Under the pieces are notes generated by a model. That model worked only from the letters and a program-made list of their open reading frames with translations. It had not been told where the DNA came from and made no database searches. DNA of 64,000 nucleotides. It comes from Octopus vulgaris. Taxonomy: Eukaryota. Where the stretch lies: NCBI GenBank assembly GCA_951406725.2, contig OX597814.1, positions 103,602,001 through 103,666,000 of the forward strand, in the 5' to 3' direction. Shown here piece by piece: positions 36,486-46,370 of this stretch (position 1 is its first letter; the number at the start of each line of letters is the position of its first letter). The translations under genes were made by a program, and so were the position numbers.

Positions 36486-39400
36486 CCACTGCTTGGAATT
36501 GAACTTGGAATCTTGGTTAGTAGCCTGTGCTCTTAACCACTATACCATATGCCCACAGGCATATGGCGTAGTGGTTTGATTCCAAGCAGTGACCTGAATA
36601 ATAATAATAATAATAATAATAACATTGAAAGTTACCTTAGGAATGAGAACCCAGGTTCGAAATTTCCCCCAAGACACCTGATGAAGGCTGGAGTGTACAT
36701 CAGCCGAAACGTGTTAACAGCAAACAAGATGAGGACAAATATCCGTCAAATGTAAATGTAGGGTATCCATGGAAGAAATACCTTTGATCACAAGGTCTGC
36801 TTAACCAGGAATGGTCAGTCTGGTAATTATCCCAAAGCATAGGAGGGGTAGATTAATGTAAAAGTCACTATGATGAAATATTTTAAAATTCAGATTTGAG
36901 ATGTTAAAATCTTGGTGAAATCTCGTTGATTTACTGATTTCTGCTAATTGTGTTCATTTTTCAGGTTCCCATGATTGCCGTTTATTCTCTCTCAGACCAA
37001 ATCTTGGTGTGTATTTACCTTCGGGTTATAATGACCACTTCATGTACATGAACCAAGGACAACAAACCATTCCAAATGGAATAGTAAGTTCATTCATTTT
37101 ACCTGTTCAGATCATCAGCATTTACAATTTATTCCATCATTATCATCATCCTAGATTGGCTTTCCACGCTGGTTTGGATTGGACAGGTGGTTATAATCCA
37201 GATCAAAAATCAATGGAAATTGTAGTTGTGATACCTGTGCCGGTGGCACGTAAAAAGATCCATCCGAACATGGACGTTGCCAGCGCCACCTCGACTGGCC
37301 TGCATGCCGGTGGCACATAAAAAGCACCAACTGATCGTGGCTGTTGCCAGCCTCACCTGGCACCTGTGCCGGTGGCATGTAAAAAAGCACCCACTACACT
37401 CACGGAGTGGTTGGCGTTAGGAAGGGCATCCAGCTGTAGAAACACTGCCAGATCAGACTGGTGCCTGGTGCAGCCTCCTGGCTTCCCAGACCCCAGTCAA
37501 ACCGTCCAACCCATGCTAGCATGGAAAACAGACGTTAAACGATGATGATGAATTCTTATTCAAGGTTACTACTTTGTCAGATGAATCTGGAGGACCATAT
37601 TTTATTCATACAAACTATTTTCCATGTGGTTTCCATGGCTGGATGGTTTTCCTATCACCAACCTTTTTTTTAGAGTGTATTCGGTGCTTTTTATCATGGC
37701 ACCAGCAATGGGGAGAATACCATGTCTTTGTCAAGACAAGATTAAAGGTTCCTCTCATCCCTCCGCTGCCATCATATATCAACTAACCCTTTTACAAAGT
37801 CTACTGGGTGTGTTTTATCATGACACTAGCATTAATGGGGTGGCCGGGTACTCTACGAGAGAAAGGAGACGTTATTGCTTTGTTGTCTCTGTTTAGTGTT
37901 TAACAGGGCAGGTAGAAGAGAATGTGATTGTTGATGATGAGTTAAGGTGAGAGGGGGGCAAGAGTATAGCTGGGGGTGGGGAACAGTGACAGAATGAAGA
38001 GGGAGAGAGACAGATGTTTGCTGCAACAAGAGAGAGTAATGGAAAGGGTTGTTGTCAATAATGAGCAGTCTGTGTAATGGTTAGTAGTTCAGGTGAGCTG
38101 GCAGAATCGTTAGCATGCTGGGCGAAATGCTAAGCGGTATTTCGTCTGCCATTACGTTCTGAGTTCAAATTCCATTGAGGTCGACTTTGCCTTTCATCCT
38201 TTCAGGGTTGATTAAATAAGTACCAGATACGCACTGGGGTCAATATAATCGACTTAATCCGTTTGTCTGTCCTTGTTTGTCCCTTCTGTGTTTAGCCCCT
38301 TGTGGGTAGTAAAAAAATAGGTTTGCAGTTCAGTAGGATAACATTGCCTTGTTAGAGAGAGTGATGGTTAGTCATGGAAAAGGATGATGCAAGAAATTGA
38401 AGGGCAAGGCAGGTAAGTGATGGTGGTGGTAAGGGGTGTTCCAGATACGCAAAATTTTGGATGGAATTTCTTGTTACTGAAAGAGAAAGGATGGGTTGGG
38501 AAATAAGGATGGCAATGGTGATGGGAGGATTGAGTAGGGATGGGGGTTGAGGGTAAGTGGTAGAGAGATGAAAAAGTACTGAACAAGCAGGAAGGGAGTG
38601 ATGTGGTTTCTGGTTCAATCTCACTCTGCATCACATTGCCCTCCACCTTCCTTACTTCCTACTCTTGTATTAAATACCTTTGCCTTTTCCTCACTAGATT
38701 TCTCTTTCTCTTTCCACTCCCCCTGCTTTCTACCAGTCTTGTAATTACATTTATATCGATGGCACATTAAACACACCATTCGAGCATGATAGTTACCTGC
38801 ATCGCCTTACTAGCACTTGTGCTGGGGTCATGTGAAACATTCGGGCGAGTTCGTCGCCAGTGCCGCTGGACTGGCTCCTGTGCAGGTGGCACATAAAAAG
38901 CACCATTTGGGCATGGCCGTTGCCAGTACCACCAAACTGGCCCTCGTGCTGGTGGCACGTAAAAGCACCCACTACACTCTCAGAGTGGTTGGCGTTAGGA
39001 AGGGCATCCAGCTGTAGAAACTCTGCCAGATCAGATTGGAGTCTGGTTCACCAGACCTCAGTCAAATCGTCCAATCCATGCTAGCATGGAAAGCGGACGT
39101 TAAATGATGATGATGATCTCTTCCTTGTTGTGTCATCTTTTCATAGAACCTCATTATGCTGTCCCAAACAGATTCTCTTTTCATTACTCACCTCACACCT
39201 CTTGCCATGTCACTTGTCTGCTTTATCTCTACCCCTCCTCACTTGCCTGCTCTCACCCTCAAATACCCTCACATATATACTGCAACACTTACCCCAAGCA
39301 TCACATATTTCTCTCCATCATTTACTCCAGTCACCCCATCTTGCTCGCTCACCACCCAGCCCAAGCCAATATATCACCTCACCTATTCTCACCACATCCA

Positions 39401-41283
39401 AAGTCCCTTGAGAACACATTTCTACCATCATCTCTCTCACTACCACCCCTTTTATCTTACTCTCCAACTCTCTCTCTCTCTCTCCCCTTTGTTTTCCAAC
39501 TGCAGTGTCCATGTTTCTACTCTACAGCAAGACACCCATGTCTGTCCCCTCTATATCTTAAATTTCTCAACTGGCACAAAGCCACACCCCCTCAATACTA
39601 TTCACCCCTCCCAGTTGAGGGATTTTTGTCTTACAAGCCACTTACTGACCCTGTCGGTGCTGGTGCCAGGTAAAAAGCACCAAGTACACTCTGTGAAGGG
39701 GTTGGCATTAGGAAGGGCATCCAACTGTAGAAACCCAGCCAAAACAGACTGTGGTGTGGCTCCTGGCCTTGCCAGCTCCTGTCAAACCATCCAACCCATG
39801 CCAGCATTGAAAACAGATGTTAAATGGAGATGATGATTTTATCCCTAAATAGGGTGGCTCTGTGTCCCTTCAACCCTTTTATTCTTCTGGTTTCAGTAAA
39901 TTGTTTCTGTTTTATTTCAGGGAATGGGTGGACAGTTGCATTATTTTGGTTTATGGATTGATGAAAGCTTCGACACTGGCCACAGTAAAGCCATTCCAAA
40001 GTGTACCACCTACAACAGTCCGCAGTTATCTGGTCAGACAGAGTTCCACGTTGATGCTATTGAAGTATGGAGCATTCAGTCTTTGGTTCCAGAAGCGTCG
40101 CAGGTATAAAAAGAAATTAGAAAATACACCTCAATTCTAATGATTATATTGGCCAAGTAATTAGGCTATATTAATTATAGTGACCAAGTATATGTTATTT
40201 ATAGTGACCAAGTATATATTAATTATGGTGACCAAGTATATATTAATTATGGTGACCAAGTATATATTAATTATAGTGACCAAGACTATATTAATTATAG
40301 TGACCAAGTATATATTAATTATAGTGACCAAGTATATATTAATTATAGTAACCAAGTATGTATTAATTATGGTGACCAAGTATATATTAATTATGGTGAT
40401 CAAGTATATATTAATTATAGTGACCAAGACTATATTAATTATCGTGACCAAGTATATATTAATTATGGTGACCAAGTATATATTAATTATAGTGACCAAG
40501 ACTATATTAATTATCGTGACCAAGTATATATTAATTATAGTGACCAAGTATATATTAGTTATAGTAACCAAGTATGTATTAATTATGGTGACCAAGTATA
40601 TATTAATTATAGTGACCAAGACTATATTAATTATAGTGACCAAGACTATATTAATTATAGTGACTAAGTATATATTAATTATAGTGACCAAGTATATATT
40701 AATTATGGTGACCAAGTATATATTAATTATGGTGACCTAGTATATATTAATTATAGTGACCAAGACTATATTAATTATAGTGACCAAGTATATATTAATT
40801 ATAGTGACCAAGTATATATTAATTATGGTGACCAAGTATATATTAATTATGGTGACCTAGTATATATTAATTATAGTGACCAAGACTATATTAATTATAG
40901 TGACCAAGTATATATTAATTATAGTGACCAAGTATATATTAATTATGGCGACCAAGTATGTATTAATTATGGTGACCAAGTATATATTAATTATGGTGAC
41001 CAAGTATATATTAATTATGGTGACCAAGTATATATTAATTATAGTGACCAAGACTATATTAATTATAGTGACCAAGACTATATTAATTATAGTGACCAAG
41101 TATGTGTGCATGTCATGTATGTATATGCATATGTGTGTATGTTTAATATAGTTATTTTTGAATCTGTTTCAGGGAGGAGGCAGCATTCTTGATGCGAATG
41201 CTGATGCCAAAGCACTTTTGGATATGATTGGCAAGGAGCGACATAGTGAAGGATTCCGCAATCCAGATAATGAATCATTGTGA
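8252..41283 (+). CDS. MEAK7: MTOR-associated protein MEAK7 / TLD-domain-containing protein 1; 8 exons, 1413 nt, 470 aa
   Basis: join(8252-8386,13102-13377,17417-17555,27634-27761,31521-31842,36965-37083,39921-40103,41173-41283); all GT-AG, phases 0,0,1,0,1,0,0; N-terminal MG myristoylation motif, TLDc domain, C-terminal SILDANADAKALLDMIGKERHSEGFR typical of MEAK7. Confidence 0.93.
9195..9690 (-). mobile_element. SINE family A copy with an internal insertion
   Basis: Homologous to 1021-1434. Confidence 0.75.
12385..12775 (+). mobile_element. SINE family A copy
   Basis: GGTTCAGTTCC B-box, CCTTGGGGCAAAT core, (TG)n, shared tail. Confidence 0.75.
12800..13005 (-). mobile_element. tRNA-derived SINE, family B, with the common GGCCTTGTGCCTAGAG tail
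   Basis: Minus strand: GAGTTCAAATTCC B-box; TTTGCCTTTCATCCTTTCGAGGTCAATAAATTAAGTACC central domain. Confidence 0.8.
13102..13377 (+). CDS. MEAK7: MEAK7 coding exon 2
   Basis: Acceptor TTTCAG; EYIKNK...SLLKGSVEEKG...ALLQ; donor GTAAAA. Confidence 0.88.
13568..14779 (+). mobile_element. Full-length mariner (Tc1/mariner) DNA transposon with dead transposase
   Basis: 30-bp TIR TCAGGTCATTAAGAATGAAATGTCCAATTT with 1 mismatch; TA TSDs; TVRRWF, LYDNA, HPSYSPDLAPTDY motifs across frameshifted ORFs. Confidence 0.95.
15664..16382 (-). mobile_element. 5'-truncated RTE LINE
   Basis: GRGRPRKTW C-terminus, 3'UTR and (GAT)n tail; homologous to 19135-20080. Confidence 0.88.
17417..17555 (+). CDS. MEAK7: MEAK7 coding exon 3
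   Basis: Acceptor TTCCTTCAG; LVEQLSES...LEDLSVS; donor GTGAGT; phase 1 fits exon 4. Confidence 0.82.
18308..19035. mobile_element. Fold-back element with ~70-bp inverted ends, probable Penelope-like remnant
   Basis: AAAATACATCAAGTACAGGACATCACCGATGAGT near 18308 is inverted at ~19002-19035; (TA)n tracts at or near both ends. Confidence 0.55.
19135..22200 (-). mobile_element. RTE-clade LINE, 5'-truncated within the endonuclease, one frameshift (~20660)
   Basis: ORFs 20627-22240 and 19749-20645: PQHRLVV, NYRGIKLL, VDMEKAFDRV, QGSVLSP, LYADD, FRYLG, GRGRPRKTW; (GAT)n tail. Confidence 0.95.
22361..23641 (-). mobile_element. Penelope-like element (Naiad-like GIY-YIG endonuclease remnant) between ~125-bp inverted repeats
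   Basis: Inverted arms 22361-22486 and 23519-23641; minus-strand FSCAPNM, GQCECEGVIY, KYIGSASTAFKR...SHVWYL...IKWKIL...CQLC. Confidence 0.85.
23800..23888 (+). ncRNA. Degenerate type I hammerhead motif
   Basis: AAATTTTAC-CTGAAGA-TGGTGG...CTACC-AAAAC(GAAAC mutated)-AGCT...GTAAATTTT. Confidence 0.5.
23939..24349. repeat. ~410-bp near-perfect palindrome (PLE pLTR-like fold-back)
   Basis: Arms of ~200 bp are reverse complements, centred near 24140. Confidence 0.92.
24195..24294 (+). ncRNA. Type I hammerhead ribozyme motif with a long stem II
   Basis: GGCC-CTGATGA(24199-24205)-73 nt-GAAAC(24279-24283)-AATT-GTA-GGCC; palindromic stem III ACAATTGT. Confidence 0.65.
24675..24760 (-). ncRNA. Intact type I hammerhead ribozyme
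   Basis: Minus strand: TTCGG-CTGACGA-GTACGAG...CTCGTAC-GAAAC-GATC-GTA^CCGAG; all core nucleotides and stems I, II and III present. Confidence 0.9.
25410..26210 (-). mobile_element. Helitron Rep/helicase internal fragment, degenerate
   Basis: NKWIVPYS...CNVEIIASVRSVKYVIRYTLKGNDQA and VTPKAGELYYLRILL match conserved Helitron RepHel motifs. Confidence 0.82.
26493..27467. mobile_element. piggyBac-type MITE (~220 bp) interrupted by an RTE 3' fragment
   Basis: TTAA TSDs at 26489-26492 and 27468-27471; 13-bp TIR CCCTTTC(A/G)TTACT. Confidence 0.88.
26648..27397 (-). mobile_element. RTE 3'UTR fragment with ~10 tandem ~61-bp subrepeats
   Basis: (GAT)n tail; homologous to 19135-19470; AATTC duplicated on both sides. 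Confidence 0.88.
27634..27761 (+). CDS. MEAK7: MEAK7 coding exon 4
   Basis: Acceptor CAACAG; (N)KNRDSNEFELSETEVEIWL...LITD; donor GTAAGT. Confidence 0.85.
29690..30354 (-). mobile_element. Old degenerate RTE LINE fragment
   Basis: Minus-strand DSFCYLGD remnant and the RTE-type 3' tail. Confidence 0.65.
30638..30814. mobile_element. piggyBac-type MITE
   Basis: TTAA|CCCTTTAGCATT...AATGCTAAAAGG|TTAG. Confidence 0.8.
31082..31302. mobile_element. piggyBac-type MITE, same family as 30638
   Basis: TTAA|CCCTTTAGCATT...AACACTAAAAGG|TTAA; internal homology to 30638-30814. Confidence 0.82.
31521..31842 (+). CDS. MEAK7: MEAK7 coding exon 5 (start of TLDc domain)
   Basis: WTLLFSSRLHGNSFSQL...KGPTVLIIQDKDKHCFGG...PKFYG; AG acceptor and GTGAGT donor. 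Confidence 0.95.
32031..32937 (+). mobile_element. 5'-truncated RTE LINE inserted into a family-B SINE (31925-33035)
   Basis: SFRYLGD...HGSETW...GRGRPRKTW, 3'UTR and GAT tail; SINE halves lie on both sides. Confidence 0.88.
33100..33315 (-). mobile_element. SINE family B copy
   Basis: Homologous to 12800-13005. Confidence 0.8.
33813..34293 (+). mobile_element. 5'-truncated Tx1/L1 LINE 3' end
   Basis: 15-bp TSD AGTAGCCTGTGCTTA at 33798-33812 and 34294-34308; AILKETVWKTR...GLVNYF homologous to 6910-7090. Confidence 0.9.
34446..34842 (-). mobile_element. Non-autonomous Helitron
   Basis: Minus strand 5'-TC...CCCGAGCAACGCCAGG hairpin...CTAG-3', inserted between A and T of (TA)n with no TSD; internal ~100-bp direct repeat. 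Confidence 0.88.
36340..36385 (-). ncRNA. Minimal type I hammerhead, CpG-decayed
   Basis: Minus strand GACAC-CTGATGA-AGGCTG..CAGCC-AAAACATT-GTGTT. Confidence 0.65.
36673..36715 (+). ncRNA. Minimal type I hammerhead with a 3-nt deletion at the cleavage site
   Basis: GACAC-CTGATGA(36678-36684)-AGGCTG gagtgtacat CAGCC-GAAAC(36706-36710)-GTGTT. Confidence 0.7.
36965..37083 (+). CDS. MEAK7: MEAK7 coding exon 6
   Basis: GSHDCRLFSLRP...GYNDHFMYMNQGQQTIPNGI; AG acceptor and GTAAGT donor. Confidence 0.95.
37232..37551 (+). mobile_element. RTE 3'UTR fragment
   Basis: GGTTGGCGTTAGGAAGGGCATCC motif and (GAT)n tail; further copies at ~38770-39118 and ~39645-39836 (+), and ~10310-10500, ~17906-18090, ~28466-28720 (-). 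Confidence 0.85.
38093..38319 (+). mobile_element. SINE family B variant with a Tx1-LINE-derived 3' tail
   Basis: tRNA head, central domain, then TTGTCTGTCCTTGTTTGTCCC; 14-bp TSD with 2 mismatches at 38079-38092 and 38320-38333. Confidence 0.88.
39921..40103 (+). CDS. MEAK7: MEAK7 coding exon 7
   Basis: GMGGQLHYFGLWIDESFDTGHSKAIPKCTTYNSPQLS...IEVW. Confidence 0.96.
40167..41103. repeat. 24-bp minisatellite, ~39 copies
   Basis: Unit TATATTAATTAT(A/G)GTGACCAAG(TA/AC). Confidence 0.97.
41173..41283 (+). CDS. MEAK7: MEAK7 final coding exon 8
   Basis: Acceptor TTTCAG; GGGSILDANADAKALLDMIGKERHSEGFRNPDNESL*; AATAAA candidates at ~41696, ~41814 and 42801. Confidence 0.93.
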   Translation, partial: GGGSILDANADAKALLDMIGKERHSEGFRNPDNESL

Positions 41284-42182
41284 CATAACTTCTTATTATC
41301 ATTGTTTTTATTATTATTATTATTATTATAAGTAAACCTTTGACATTTCCACAATAGAAGAAGACAATCTTCATTTTATGGTCCAATACAAACAGTTTTA
41401 TTTTCTCTGCTTCAACTGTAATAATAATAGTAATAATATCTAAATGAAAACTACCTGTGTACATAATTAGTAACTGTATTAATTACAGGTATTAACTATC
41501 TTTGTTACCATCTTCTGGATGTAGCTTCTTAAAGCAATTTTTGGCTGCTTCTGCAAAATTTATTGCAACAATAATGTATTATTTGTTCTTCTGTCTTGAA
41601 ATGAAGCAATACCTTTTTTCTTCCAAGTGCCGTAATTTATTTAATTACTATTAAATTATTATTTAAAATAAATCTCATAACTGAGATGAAAATTTAATAA
41701 ATAAAAAAAAATGATTGAAAAATATCTTGAAATAATGATAATTAATAATTTAATTTTATCATTAATTTGTTTATCAAATAGAAAACATTATTTTAATAAT
41801 TAAATTTATGAAAAATAAAAAACATGCATTGAAGACTTTAATTCTTATTGCCCCTCCCCCACCTCCATCCTTTGTCGTGCTCCCTGTACACTAGTTATTT
41901 AATCCTGTTTTTGGTTTGTTGCCTCCCCTCCTAGTTTTCTATAAAGTCTCAGTATTTATTGTGAGACTGCAACAAAATCATCTTAAATTATTGCCCAGAT
42001 ACCTTTTAAAGGGGTTTTCAATGATGTTTATCTAAATTCTGTGAAACTTATTTATTACTACTCAATATTTACTTGGCATATCATATTTAATTAAACCCAA
42101 CTAAAATGAATTTTGTCCCCAAAATATCAGGATATTTGTTATAGAGAATATCTTGCTTTTATGTTAGTATTTATAATGAGCT

Positions 42183-42470
42183 TATAATCTCCCACCATCA
42201 TATTATAATCTCCTACCAACATATTAAAATGTCCCACCAATGTATCAAAATGTCCCACCAATGTATTATAATGTCCCACCAACGTATTATAATGTCCCAC
42301 CGACATATTATAATGTCCTACTAACATATAATGTCCCACCAACGTATTAAAATGTCCCAACAACATATTATAATGTCCCACTAATATATTATAATGTCCC
42401 AACAACATATAATGTCCCACCGACATATTATAATGTCCCAGCAACGTATTATAATGTCCCAGCAACATAT
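42183..42470. repeat. 21-bp minisatellite, ~14 copies
   Basis: Unit TTATAATGTCCCACCAACATA with 18-bp variants. Confidence 0.92.
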
Positions 42471-42960
42471 CAAAAAAGCTATTATATTTAAAATTTACTT
42501 TGCTGTAGATTCTCTGTGAAATATTAAAATAAGTTACTATTATTCTTTACCATTTCTTCTTGGATTCCTCTCCCCTCTGTCAGAAATTCCATTAATGTCT
42601 GGGAAACTATTAGTTTGAGTCTTGTGTATTCTGAGGTTTCAGCTGCCATTCTCCTCCCCACTGTTCTGTGAATTCTTCCCCATCTGTGTATTATTCATCC
42701 ATTTCTACAGTCTGTCTGCTGGTTTCACTCACAATTATCTGTCATTCCAACATGTTGCTAATGGAAAATAGCAACATGTTTACACATTCTTGAAGTTTTC
42801 AATAAACCTTCATCATCAATCATCCTTAATCCTACTCTGTATCTCAATGACTTAAGAATCATCAGTCATCTTTAATCCCATTCTGCATTTCAATAACTTA
42901 AATTTTTGATTGATCAAAACAGTTCAGACACACTCTCTCAGGCTTAATTTCACATCAACA

Positions 42961-43014
<54 letters not shown>

Positions 43015-43015
43015 C

Positions 43016-43046
<31 letters not shown>

Positions 43047-43544
43047 GAAGATAGACGTTAAATGACGACGACAAATGAAATGATAATAATAACTGACAAT
43101 TGTGCAGTGTTCATAGATTATAAATGCACATAAAAATGTTAATTATATAATTATGTCAATTAAAAGCTATCAGAGTTAATTATAGAATATTATTTCTTAG
43201 ACTTTCAAGTTCCATATTTAACAAGGTGTTTAGTTTCTCCTAATTCCAAAGAAATCCAGAAATATCAATCAATGAATTTTTGTTAATTTATTTAAAAATT
43301 TTACCTTAATAATCTATTAATGGCTCATTAGCAACAGTTGCTAATCTACCTTTGGCAAATGCATTGTTAGCAACATACAAATTGTTTTTGTTGCTTTGAA
43401 AGAATTGTTTTTTTTAAAAATTTATTTTCATTTTTGTTGTTGGTTTTACTGTCAGTGGTCACTTTTTAGCTAAGTTACAGTTACTGCTAATAATAATAAT
43501 AATAGTAATTATATACTTAACTCAATAGTTAATATCACAGTCTC

Positions 43545-43830
43545 AACCAGATTTTTGTATGCATGTTATACATCGCTGGTCACAATGCACTTTACATTGT
43601 TTTAGCTTTCAAACGACATCACCCTGCTAGCTAGGCAAACAGACCAACATTTCCCCCCATCCCGATCCAAAGGCTAACCCATCAAAGGGTTACCCATTTA
43701 CGGCTTAGATGGACTGGATTAATAGGAAATGAAGTGTTTTGCTCAAGAACACAATGCATTGCCTGGTCTGGGAATTGAACCCATAATCTAATGATTGTAA
43801 GTGCAACACCTTAACCACTAGGCTACACTA
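43545..43830 (-). mobile_element. tRNA-derived SINE, a third family
   Basis: Minus strand TAGCCTAGTGGTTAAGG A-box, GGTTCAATTCCC B-box, TTCTTGAGCAAAACACTT CORE-like segment. Confidence 0.7.
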
Positions 43831-44009
43831 ATAATGCTTAATATAGTTAATTCTAATAATGTTTTATATAATTAACTTAGTATTATCAATTATACTAATA
43901 TGCTTAATGTAACCAAAGTAATTATCTAGTTAATGATATTTTATATAATTAATATTAATAATGACTAACTTGATAATTATACTTTATACACTTAATACTA
44001 ATGTTGGTT

Positions 44010-46335
44010 TCAGATCTTTGGCACAAGGCCAACAATTTCAGGGTGGGGGAAAGGGTTAAGTTGATTACATCAACCCCAGCACTCAACTGGTACTTAATTT
44101 CTTGATCCCAAAAGGATGAAAAGCAGGGTTGACCTTTGGAATTTGCATTCAGAATGTGAACATCGATGAAATGGTGCTGAGAGTTTGGCCCTGCGTGGGA
44201 GTGATTCTGCTAGCTCAGTGTTTTAGTTAACCTAATATTAATGAGTTTCTATGTTTAAATTAACATTAATATTGCAGTTTAATTAACTCTAATTAATATC
44301 GTTGACTGGCATGCTGGGCAAAGTGCTTTGTGATATTTTGTTCACCTTTGAGATCAAATTCTGTTATGGTTGATTTCATCCTTTTGGGGTCAGTAAAGTG
44401 AATATCAATTGAGTATTGGGGTCGATGTAATTGACTTACCTCCTCCCAGAAAGTTGTTGGCCCCTGTGCCGAAATTTGAAACAATTTAACTGGTTCGTTG
44501 GAATGTCTGACAAAATGTCGTTTAGTTTCTCTTGTGATTTTTTTTATATTGTTAGTTCAAACCCTGCTGAGCTTAACTTTTATCATCCTCTTCTCTGGGT
44601 CAGTAAAATAAAGGGCCAGTCAAATTCTGGGGTCAGTGCTATTGATTGAACTCCCCCACCCTCACCCCCAAATTGCTGACCTTGTGCCTTGTTAGCTGTC
44701 AGAATTGCTTGCAGCATTTGTTCCAACTCTTTACATTTGGAGTTCAAATCCTGCTGTGGGCAACTTGTCCTTTCATCCCTCTGGGGTTTGATTTCAATAA
44801 AGTATCAGTCTTGGGATGGGGAGGGGTGTGCTGAGGGTATTGATTAACCTTCTCTCTTCAAAATTGTTGACCTTCTTTCTTAAATTAGAAACCAAGGCAG
44901 TGAACTGGTAGAATCGGATAAAAATACCTTCCATTATTTCTTTTCACTCTTTTACCTTCTCAATTCAAATCCCTCCGAGATCAACTATGTCTTTCATCTT
45001 AAAATAAAATACCTGTCATGTTCTGGGGTTGATGTAACTGACTAACCTCATTCCATAAGCATTGCTGGCCTTGAGCCAAAAATTTGAAGCAATTATTATC
45101 ATTGAGGTCAACCTTGCCTTTCATTGTTTGAGGGTTGTTGAAATAAGTACTAGTTGAATATTGGGGGTCAATGTAATTGACAAGCCTCTTCTCCCAAACT
45201 TTCAGGCCTTGTGCCTAGAGTAGAAAGGATTTTATTTTTTTTATTAGAAGTAGTAGTAACAACAAATATTGCTCTTTCTTAAATCCGTTAATTACCACCT
45301 TTCTATTAACTGACTTTCATTTCCAGTGCCTTTTGTAGCAATCCCCTCTGCCTCTCCTACACATTATGTCCACCTGTCCCCTTAGCAGCTGTTCTATATA
45401 TGTGAGACAATATCTGTCCATTTTACATAATCTTGCTTCACTGCAATGTCAGTGTTTTGTTTGTGAGGTTGTTAACCAAAATCACAGCTGTTGCTTCAGG
45501 CTGTCTCAGTTATCTCCCCTGCTACTGTCTCCACTAGGTGGTGCTTCCTCTTTTGTGCTTCATCGGGCAGCTTATATGTGATTTAGTTGCATTCATTGAA
45601 CTGTGTCTCTCTCTTGTTTTTTACCTGATTTTTCCCTCTCTCCACTCTGGCTTTCTCTACTAAATCTACTCTGAACTTCACATTTATTTGTAACTTCATT
45701 TATTTATCACAAATTTTAAAATTTCATTTTTAAACTTTGGAATTCATCTTTTGAGATATAAACTTTAGAATTGATTTATTGAGATTTAAACTGAAGATTT
45801 GTACAGTTTGTTTGATTGGTTTCCTTTATTTGTTGTTGTTGTTTTAAACATTACTATAAGACTTTGTTATTGCTATTATTAATAATAAGTGAGCTGGTAG
45901 AATTGTTAGCAGTCCCAGCAAAAAGTATTGGGGTTGATGTAGCCAACTTGATCCTTCCCTTTGAAATTGCTGGCCTGCAAAATTGTGCAGAATTATTGGT
46001 GCAGCAGACAAATATGCTGAGTGGCATTTCATTTGGCTCTTAACATGCTGAGTTCAAATCCTGCTCTGGTTAACTTTGTCTTTCATCCTATCTGAGAAGG
46101 TAAAATATAGAACCAAATTCCAGGCTTTGTGCCCATATTACAAACTATTATTATTGGTTTCAAGACCAGTAATTTCAGGAGAAAAGGGTAAGTTGATTAC
46201 ACTGACTCCAGTACATGACTGGTACTTATTTCATTGACCCTGAAAGAATGAAAGGCATAGTTGACCTCAGTGGAATTTGAACTCAGAGCATAAAGATTTT
46301 GTCAGATGTGGTTATGTTTCTGCCAGCTTGCCTTA
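44010..46335. mobile_element. Cluster of degenerate family-B SINE copies, mostly head-to-tail (more at ~48280-48610)
   Basis: Recurrent GAGTTCAAATCC / CTTTCATCC / GGGGTC-ATGTAA / GGCCTTGTGCC modules. Confidence 0.75.
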
Positions 46336-46336
46336 C

Positions 46337-46370
<34 letters not shown>

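Larger units (their letters stand above)
36263..36761. mobile_element. Head-to-head palindromic dimer of a tRNA-headed, hammerhead-carrying SINE
   Basis: 9-bp TSD GGTATCCAT at 36254-36262 and 36762-36770; arms inverted about ATATGCCCACAGGCATAT; tRNA-like head, (TAA)n and hammerhead in each arm. Confidence 0.85.

Noticed and set aside
36481-36560. Possible tRNA gene
   Set aside because: Cloverleaf is degenerate, there is no T-run terminator, and it is fused to a repeat body, so it is a SINE head
40161-41151. 184-186 aa ORFs on both strands
   Set aside because: Translation of a 24-bp minisatellite inside an intron
42139-42468. 109-aa VGHYN-repeat ORF
   Set aside because: Reverse translation of the 21-bp minisatellite
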